DNA of 32,000 nucleotides, taken from positions 236,379-268,378 of the forward strand of contig JAPLKZ010000010.1 in assembly GCA_026387835.1 (NCBI GenBank), given 5' to 3'. The stretch is from Candidatus Saganbacteria bacterium. GTDB lineage: Bacteria; Margulisbacteria; WOR-1; JAKLHX01. Below are positions 26,021 through 32,000 of this stretch, piece by piece (within the stretch, counting starts at the first letter, position 1; each line of letters starts with the position of its first letter). The position numbers were made by a program, and so were the translations under genes. A model generated the notes under the pieces. The model did no database searches and had not been told where the DNA came from. It saw only the letters and a list, made by a program, of their open reading frames with translations.

Positions 26021-28938
26021 TTCTTTATCACCCAAATTTTTGCCCTGCCGATCAACTTGCCGTCGCCAACGATCCTTGCCATGTAGATACCGTTGCTCGC
26101 AATGTCTCCGTAGTCATCTCTGCCGTCCCACATGAACTCGTTATATCCGGCTGTGGCAACGAAGCTTCTCTTTACGGCTATCCTGCCCGTAGTATCGAAC
26201 AAGTAGATGATTACGGTCGCATCTTTGCTTATGTTAAAGCCAAGCTTGGTGGTCTCAGCCAGCGGATTGAACGGATTCGGATAATTGAATGCGCTGCCTT
26301 CTATATAAAGTGTCCCGTCCGAAACTTTTAATTTTCTGGTAAACGTAGTAGAGTTGCCGGCTGGCGCGTCTTTTGCCGTAATTTTTAACGTAAACTCTCC
26401 GGCAGATATCGGGTCTGTCAGCGTCAATGTCATTAGCCCGCTGACGGGGTTGAAGCTGACAGCCGGGAGTGAAGTCGGAGAGAATGTAGAAATTGCCTCA
26501 ACAGTGATAGATGCCGCGTCTACGCTGACATTGTCGGTTATCGTAGCTTTGATAGTCGGCTTGGTTGCTATAAGGTCGCTCTCAAGAACTGTTTTTTCGT
26601 CGACCGTTACATCGCTGATGACAGGCGGTATGGTATCGGCCGATGTGAGTATTCCGACGGCACTGCCTGAATCCTTGCCGACAACGTCCGTCTCTATGCC
26701 GTCACCGTTATAAGCGGAAATACCGTACCAGTATTTCGTGTCAGGTTCGAGCCCGTCATCATTATATTCTTTGTCTTTGATGGAATCTTTTATTTTTATC
26801 CAGTCACCGGGAGTCCCCTTTTTATCCTTTGCCCTGTAGACGCTGTATTTGCTAGAGCCGCCGTCTCCCGCGTCCCAGGCAAACTTGATCGATGCCACCG
26901 TGGCTGACATCTTGTGCAGGTTCACCGGTGTATTTGCAAGGGTATACCGCGTCACTGCTTCTGTAGTGGCTGATGCACCGTCATCGTTATAAGCCGCGCA
27001 ATATCTTGTATACGGAGTGTTTGCGGACAATCCGGCCTCGTTCGCTTCCGTTAACGGCGAAGCAACGGTCTTCTTCAGGGCTCCCGCTCCATCGCTGATA
27101 TTGAAACCGGTCTCGTTCGTCGAATTCCTTGCCCACGTCCACTTGATCCCCGTAGTCCCTGTGGCAGTTCCCGCAAACGATGTTGGCGCTGCCGGCGGGT
27201 TCAATACCGTCGCTATAAGATAATCCACGTAATGCGGCGTCAGGCTTGTATTCTTGCCTGTATATACGAACTGGTAAGCGCTGATGTTCTTGTCAAAAAT
27301 ACCGTTGCCGTCAGTCGGGGTCCCGTTATCAAAATTCTGGACCAGTGATTTGAACGGGATCTTCACGAATTGCCATTCCGTGTTCTTTAGGCTGATCGCA
27401 GGCCCTGAATATATCTCGTGTGTCATGCTCCATGATCCATATGGAGAAACGTTGGTCGCTTCAAATACATCCAGTCTTATCGTATTATTAGTCCCGTCAC
27501 CTTTGAGCCAGAAGGCAAAAGCATTGGTAAGGATCAGGTTTTTGTTTGAAACAAGGTCCCCTTTCATCAGCCCGCCCCAGTCGCTTGAAAATGAATAAAG
27601 GATCCTTCTTGACTGCGCTCCGTTCTTTATGAACAAGGGATTAGTATTGAATACTGAGCTGCATCCGGTTCCGTAATTGTTATAAGCCGATACTTCCACG
27701 CCCTCGTAATTATCAATAAGGACAGACGTGCTCGGCCCAAAATCAATTGCCGTAAACCGGTCAGCGGCGGTGGACGGAGAAGTGCCTCCTGGAGTGACAA
27801 CGGTAATATCATAGGTGCCTGCGGGAAGGCCCGATGGGATGGTAGCCCTGATTTCCGTAGCCGAGTTGCTGATCATCGTCAAGGGAACAGTTCCGATCTT
27901 AACAGCTGTAGCACTTGACAGGTTAGTGCCTGTTATAGTGATATCGTTCGGCACGTCATTGTTCCCGCTAGTCGGTGAGATCCCTGTCACGACGGGAGAA
28001 AGTGAGCTGATGACCGTGAACTGGTCGGCCGAAGACGTGGCCGATGTACCGTAAGTATTCGTGACGGAAATATGGTAGACTCCGGGAGTTAGTGCTGATT
28101 GTATTACCGCATTTATAGTAGTATCGCTGATAACTGCGAACGTGCTTACTGGATCTGTCCCGATCTTTACCGAGCTTGCGGTGGCCAAATTAGTCCCTGT
28201 TATTGTAACTGGCGTGCCTGCCGTGTTAAGACCAAAAGTCGGTGAGACACCGCTGACCGCCGGTACGGGCACCGCGAGCACGGTGAACTGGCCGGAACTG
28301 TTCGCAGGTGACGTGCCGTCAGCGTTGGTCACTGTAATATAGTAAGTGCCCGGGGTAAGACCTGAAGGGACTCTTGCAATTATCTCCGTGCTTGAATTGC
28401 TGACTATCGTCATGCCTGTTGCCCCGACATTTACAGCTGTCGCGCCTGACAGATTAGTACCTGTTATAGTGACCGGGACTTCCGCATTGTTTATACCGCT
28501 GCTCGGGGTGATCGATGTCACGGCCGGCGAACTGGTGGAAATCACGGAAAACTGGTCTACCCAAGACGTCGCAGATGTGCCGTCAGCATTTGTGACCGTT
28601 ATATGGTAAACATTGGGGATAATTCCCGATTGTATGACTGCAGTTATGGTCGTGTCATTTACAACACTGAAACTTTGGACGGGAAATGAATCGATCTTTA
28701 CGGCGGACGTTCCGGTAAAATAAACTCCGGAGATCGTGACTTCGGTAGTCCCTGTATTTAAACCGCTTACCGGGCTGATAGAAGTGACCGAAGGGACCGT
28801 TCCGCCTACGACTCCTGTTCCGATCGTTATCCAGCTGTCGGAAAAAGAGGCCGGTATGGAAAAAAGCAGCAGCAGCGCTGCAATGACAGCCACTGCGACC
28901 GGTTTGCTGTATAATGATCTTATTTTTTTACTCAACAT
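26017..28938 (-). CDS. Secreted multidomain surface protein: four IPT/TIG repeats, lectin/CBM-like domain, fibronectin type III-like domains, C-terminal YPNPFNP (T9SS/FlgD-like) domain
   Basis: 973 aa with signal peptide; repeated [P]xVTxISPxSGxNxxxxxVTITGTNLxxATAVKIG; ...VLIDNYEG...DWGGLMKG..FAFWLKGDGTNNTIRLDVFEA..; C-terminus YPNPFNPLAETTKLGFNISKDATVIIYLFDTTGRIAVKRSFVATAGYNEFMWDGRDDYGDIASNGIYMARIV. Confidence 0.85.
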   Translation of the reverse strand: MLSKKIRSLYSKPVAVAVIAALLLLFSIPASFSDSWITIGTGVVGGTVPSVTSISPVSGLNTGTTEVTISGVYFTGTSAVKIDSFPVQSFSVVNDTTITAVIQSGIIPNVYHITVTNADGTSATSWVDQFSVISTSSPAVTSITPSSGINNAEVPVTITGTNLSGATAVNVGATGMTIVSNSSTEIIARVPSGLTPGTYYITVTNADGTSPANSSGQFTVLAVPVPAVSGVSPTFGLNTAGTPVTITGTNLATASSVKIGTDPVSTFAVISDTTINAVIQSALTPGVYHISVTNTYGTSATSSADQFTVISSLSPVVTGISPTSGNNDVPNDITITGTNLSSATAVKIGTVPLTMISNSATEIRATIPSGLPAGTYDITVVTPGGTSPSTAADRFTAIDFGPSTSVLIDNYEGVEVSAYNNYGTGCSSVFNTNPLFIKNGAQSRRILYSFSSDWGGLMKGDLVSNKNLILTNAFAFWLKGDGTNNTIRLDVFEATNVSPYGSWSMTHEIYSGPAISLKNTEWQFVKIPFKSLVQNFDNGTPTDGNGIFDKNISAYQFVYTGKNTSLTPHYVDYLIATVLNPPAAPTSFAGTATGTTGIKWTWARNSTNETGFNISDGAGALKKTVASPLTEANEAGLSANTPYTRYCAAYNDDGASATTEAVTRYTLANTPVNLHKMSATVASIKFAWDAGDGGSSKYSVYRAKDKKGTPGDWIKIKDSIKDKEYNDDGLEPDTKYWYGISAYNGDGIETDVVGKDSGSAVGILTSADTIPPVISDVTVDEKTVLESDLIATKPTIKATITDNVSVDAASITVEAISTFSPTSLPAVSFNPVSGLMTLTLTDPISAGEFTLKITAKDAPAGNSTTFTRKLKVSDGTLYIEGSAFNYPNPFNPLAETTKLGFNISKDATVIIYLFDTTGRIAVKRSFVATAGYNEFMWDGRDDYGDIASNGIYMARIVGDGKLIGRAKIWVIKK
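27740..28810 (-). repeat. Array of four diverged IPT/TIG-domain coding repeats (about 85-90 codons each)
   Basis: Translated units begin PSVTSISPVSGLNTG, PAVTSITPSSGINNA, PAVSGVSPTFGLNTA, PVVTGISPTSGNNDV. Confidence 0.85.
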
Positions 28939-29698
28939 TAAATACTTTTTCCTCGGTCTTTATTTTGTCTGCGCCATAATCAAACAATCCCAACATTTTT
29001 ACATTGCCCTTTGGAAGGTCCGTTTTGCCGCTGTAATCAATATTATATTCTTCATCGGGATATGTCATGAAAGAACCCGCTTTAAGGGTGTCCAGGAGCT
29101 TTCCGTCCGGACCGAGGACTAGAAATGTAGCTCTAACGTCCTGAAAAGTGTTGCCCGTATTTTTAACTTTTGAGCTGATCGTGAGGACCTCTGATGAACA
29201 TTTCGCGTCAAATGATTTTACCGACATGGCATGGTCCGCCGTGCCTTTCACCGAGACCCTGAAAGGCATTTCGATGTTCATATTTATGTTCAAAGTTATA
29301 TCCGAAGGCCCTTGAACGGTGCTTGTCCGGTATGAGTATAAAAGGCCGGAGGAATATCCGCCCTTTGCATCCTGGGGAACTGCTGTCCTGAACCTCAGGT
29401 CTTTTATACTTTTGGGGGGGATCGAAAATTTTTCTTCTTCGATCTTTGTCCACTTTGAACATGAATATTTCGCGGGTTTCCCGTCTTTGTCCAGCGAATT
29501 TACCATCCCGGCCGTCACATCGATCGCGCTGTCGGAAGTGTTCTCAAGGATAACTCCGCCGTTAAATACCTGCCCTTTTTCAAGATAAAGCTCTATCGAA
29601 GGCTGTCTTAACAAAAGCGCCGACTGGCAAGGAGCACTGATGATAAATATTACCAGTGCCGGCAACAAGATGTTTTTTAATATACTAATAACTTTCAT
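28928..29698 (-). CDS. Secreted Ig-like/beta-sandwich envelope protein, unknown function
   Basis: 256 aa with signal peptide; PSIELYLEKGQVFNGGVILENTSDSAIDVTAGMV...IPPKSIKDLRFRTAVPQDAKGGYSSGLLY...EVLTISSKVKNTGNTFQDVRATFLVLGPDGKLL, resembling WxL-interacting/chaperone-like beta-sandwich proteins; overlaps the next gene's start. Confidence 0.7.
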   Translation of the reverse strand: MKVISILKNILLPALVIFIISAPCQSALLLRQPSIELYLEKGQVFNGGVILENTSDSAIDVTAGMVNSLDKDGKPAKYSCSKWTKIEEEKFSIPPKSIKDLRFRTAVPQDAKGGYSSGLLYSYRTSTVQGPSDITLNINMNIEMPFRVSVKGTADHAMSVKSFDAKCSSEVLTISSKVKNTGNTFQDVRATFLVLGPDGKLLDTLKAGSFMTYPDEEYNIDYSGKTDLPKGNVKMLGLFDYGADKIKTEEKVFNVE

Positions 29699-29724
29699 TA
29701 TTATACCTTAATAACCGATAACCG

Positions 29725-29750
29725 AAAGGGGCCGCTTAAACGGCCCCTTT
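29725..29750 (-). terminator. Intrinsic terminator-like hairpin after gene 29761..30816
   Basis: AAAGGGGCCG-CTTAAA-CGGCCCCTTT, perfect 10-bp stem located 11 nt past the stop codon. Confidence 0.75.
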
Positions 29751-29760
29751 CTTATAAACT

Positions 29761-30816
29761 CTAGTTAGCCGTTCTCTGGTAAATGCCGATGTTGCATGAT
29801 TTGCTGCCAGGAGTAACGCCCACTCCGGTGGGCCATATTGCAATGAACTGCATATGGAGCTTTTCTGTCCTGTGACATGTATTATCAGCCGGAGACACAT
29901 AGACGAGGCCTACCTGGCTCCTTGCCGTTATCACAAAACCGTTGGCGTTGCTCGCGACTACTGTATTTCTGTCAGTATTGTAGCAGAGCGCGCTGTCGGT
30001 ATTTGCGGCCATCTGGACCTTTGTCTTTCCGGAGATCTGCGCATCGTTAGGCGGAACTGAAGACCCCGCGGTGCCGATTAAAAACGTCTTGATCTGGTCG
30101 GCTGTGGCACCCGAAATGAGAGGGAGCGTGTTGAACAAAACAACAGACCCGTTGCTTTTATATCCCCACTGCTTTTCGGGGGTCCCGTTCGGATCATCGG
30201 ACCATGAAAACCATCTCATTGTCGAGAGTCTGGGATCAAGCACTGTTCCCGTGGCCGCCCCTGCCGTTCCCGTAAGAACATCATTGTCGGCATAAGCATA
30301 TACCGTCCACTGGTAATTGGCCAGATCCCAGTAAGGGGCCTGTATCGTCAATCCTGTCTCGTAGAACATATTGACATCTGTTCCTGTAAGATAAGTCGAC
30401 GGTTTTGACGCTTCAGGGGATCCCGCGCCATCAGCCGGGTTTATGGCATCGCCCTTTACCCAGACCGAGGGGAACGGCGATGAAGCGGTCAGCGGAAATA
30501 ATTTGTATGTTCCCGCATGATTAAGTATCGCCGAGGTCTTTCCCACTATACTTGTTTTTACCACCGATGTCGTACCGTTCAGGGTATTACCAAAAACTGT
30601 ATTGGCTTGGTCCGCAAGCTGAAGATTGGAAATTGTAAGGTTGAACATAGCCGGCGCAACGGCAAAAGCCTGGAAACTCCACGCGCCGTTCGTGTATCCT
30701 TCGGTCAACGCGGGGTAGTCTACCGGGATCCCTCCTGATCCCGCCGCCATGGCGGGAACAATGAATACCGCTGACATGACCGCCGCGCACACTATCGAAC
30801 AAAACACTTTCTTCAT
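29761..30816 (-). CDS. Secreted protein of unknown function
   Basis: MKKVFCSIVCAAVMSAVFIVPAMAAGSGGIPVDYPALTEGYTNGAWSFQAFAVAP...; signal peptide; start preceded by GGAGG. Track ORF begins 30864. Confidence 0.78.
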   Translation of the reverse strand: MKKVFCSIVCAAVMSAVFIVPAMAAGSGGIPVDYPALTEGYTNGAWSFQAFAVAPAMFNLTISNLQLADQANTVFGNTLNGTTSVVKTSIVGKTSAILNHAGTYKLFPLTASSPFPSVWVKGDAINPADGAGSPEASKPSTYLTGTDVNMFYETGLTIQAPYWDLANYQWTVYAYADNDVLTGTAGAATGTVLDPRLSTMRWFSWSDDPNGTPEKQWGYKSNGSVVLFNTLPLISGATADQIKTFLIGTAGSSVPPNDAQISGKTKVQMAANTDSALCYNTDRNTVVASNANGFVITARSQVGLVYVSPADNTCHRTEKLHMQFIAIWPTGVGVTPGSKSCNIGIYQRTAN

Positions 30817-30909
30817 AATTTTTCCTCCTTTCTTAATAGAAGTGATCAAAGACATCGCACACATTAAAAATCACCTGCCTTTCCTTGCAGAATAGTCTTG
30901 TTTTCCCTT

Positions 30910-30964
30910 CAATAATATATCGTCAAATATTATTGTGAATTTCACTCTTTTTTGTGTTACACAA
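30910..30964. promoter_or_regulatory. Cluster of three dyad symmetries in a divergent intergenic region (candidate operators)
   Basis: CAATAATAT-8nt-ATATTATTG (30910-30935), GTGAA-T-TTCAC (30935-30945), TTGTGT-T-ACACAA (30952-30964). Confidence 0.5.
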
Positions 30965-30978
30965 CAATTTCATAAATA

Positions 30979-31006
30979 TTGCAATCGATGATTAAAATGT
31001 TATAAT
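30979..31006 (+). promoter_or_regulatory. Putative sigma70-type promoter of the 31035 locus
   Basis: TTGCAA (30979-30984), 16-nt spacer, TATAAT (31001-31006). Confidence 0.6.
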
Positions 31007-31034
31007 ATCCTTATTATATTCCGAGGTGGAACGT

Positions 31035-31298
31035 ATGAACGATGCACATAACACAAATGAAGATCCGAACACAAAACTGGTGGAAAGCATAAAAAAATTC
31101 GCCGCTTCATACCGGGTTTTGACGCCCCAGGGAAAGACCGCCTTCCAGAACCAGATAAACATCCAGATGAAAACGATGGACGAGCGCACAAGAAAACTTT
31201 ATCAGGCTCTTATCGATTCCACAAAGAACGACCTGAACGTGGATAAGACCGTACAAGAGATGGAGAGGGCCGATAAAAGGTATAAGTCCGGCATGTAG
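31035..31298 (+). CDS. Small protein of unknown function (87 aa)
   Basis: MNDAHNTNEDPNTKLVESIKKFAASYRVLTPQGKTAFQNQINIQMKTMDERTRKLYQALIDSTKNDLNVDKTVQEMERADKRYKSGM; SD GAGGTGG upstream, promoter upstream; track ORF begins at GTG 31026. Confidence 0.65.
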   Translation: MNDAHNTNEDPNTKLVESIKKFAASYRVLTPQGKTAFQNQINIQMKTMDERTRKLYQALIDSTKNDLNVDKTVQEMERADKRYKSGM

Positions 31299-31327
31299 AT
31301 CCTTTCTTCCCGGAGCGACCAGCAAAA

Positions 31328-31696
31328 TTGAAAAACATTCTTATCGTTGAGGACGTAGAAGACCACTTAGAGATAGTAAAGATCATTCTCGAGCAGTACA
31401 ACTATAACATCCTTACTGCCGCAAACGGCAGATCGGGGCTTGAAACGGTCCAAAAAAAACTTCCCGACCTTATTATCCTGGACGTGATGCTGCCCGAAAT
31501 GAACGGATATGAGGTCTGCAAGGCTATCAGGGCGGACCAGCACACAAGGGTTATCCCTGTGATAATGCTGTCCGTCAAGTCAAATCCCGAAGACATCGAG
31601 GCGGGCTACAAGGCCGGGGCCAACGAATATATCACCAAACCTTTCAATCTTGAAGAACTCGTTAAAAAAGTAAAAAAACATCTAGGGGAGGAATAA
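31328..31696 (+). CDS. Stand-alone CheY-like response regulator receiver protein
   Basis: ILIVEDVEDHLEIVKIIL...LPDLIILDVMLPEMNGYEVCKAIR...VIPVIMLSVKSNPEDIEAGYKAGANEYITKPFNLEELVKKVKKHL; TTG start. Confidence 0.93.
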   Translation: MKNILIVEDVEDHLEIVKIILEQYNYNILTAANGRSGLETVQKKLPDLIILDVMLPEMNGYEVCKAIRADQHTRVIPVIMLSVKSNPEDIEAGYKAGANEYITKPFNLEELVKKVKKHLGEE

Positions 31697-31702
31697 TTAC
31701 AA

Positions 31703-32000
31703 ATGATCAAAGAAGGTAAAAACTGCCTGCTTGTCCAAACTACCGGGATAAAGCCTTTCAAGAGATGCACGTACTGCGAACGCAGGGTGACAGATTGTTT
31801 TGGTATACAGTTTTTTATCGTCGCTTTCGGCATAATAGGGTTGTTGCTCGTAATGTTCACTATTAGGGACCTACCTATACTGGCCATCGACATCACCGTA
31901 TTGATATTGATGATGCTTATCCTGCTGGGTATAATCGCCAGCCGCGAGACGAACGAGATCGTAGTCAATAACTTCCTCCTCAAGGAATTAAACGAAGAGC
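31703..32000 (+). CDS. Membrane protein with N-terminal CxxC...C motif and two TM helices, possibly the N-terminus of a signalling protein; truncated by window edge
   Basis: MIKEGKNCLLVQTTGIKPFKRCTYCERRVTDCFGIQFFIVAFGIIGLLLVMFTIRDLPILAIDITVLILMMLILLGIIASRETNEIVVNNFLLKELNEE...; SD AGGGGAGG upstream; ORF open to the end. Confidence 0.65.
   Translation, partial: MIKEGKNCLLVQTTGIKPFKRCTYCERRVTDCFGIQFFIVAFGIIGLLLVMFTIRDLPILAIDITVLILMMLILLGIIASRETNEIVVNNFLLKELNEE

Noticed and set aside
27740-28810. Tandem similarity as a CRISPR-like or DNA-level repeat array
   Set aside because: Units are about 250-270 nt, in frame and diverged; they encode IPT/TIG domains.
1-32000. Mobile element or phage remnant despite the tRNA locus
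   Set aside because: No integrase, transposase, recombinase (other than housekeeping RecA), terminal repeats or phage genes were recognised in any frame.

Overview
This 32-kb window looks like ordinary bacterial chromosome, mostly housekeeping genes. I could not identify an integrase, transposase, CRISPR array or phage module. Left to right it holds: the 5' end of a TonB-dependent receptor gene (btuB-like) behind a cobalamin riboswitch; rsmI; bactofilin + M23 peptidase; a class II aldolase-like protein with long N- and C-terminal extensions; tRNA-Pro(CGG) beside a 5'-truncated tRNA-Pro-like remnant whose T-loop carries a 30-nt double-palindrome insertion; lysC; two tandem small SUMF1-like genes; a YajQ-family gene with a predicted leaderless start; a pgsA-cinA-recA-rny-ymdB block; valS, ftcD, ftsH, mazG; an unknown protein; mfd split into two overlapping frames; and pth. 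The right end is accessory: a translationally coupled cluster of surface/secreted proteins (conserved envelope protein, IPT/TIG-repeat protein with a C-terminal YPNPFNP/T9SS-like domain, PorV-like barrel fused to three SLH domains), a separate secreted protein, and a divergently transcribed locus with a small protein, a CheY-like receiver and a Cys-motif membrane protein. The most unusual items are the interrupted tRNA remnant, the surface-protein cluster, the split mfd, the extended aldolase and the tandem SUMF1-like pair. No clearly new defence or mobile system is evident. All family assignments come from motif recognition in the translated sequence; no database was searched.
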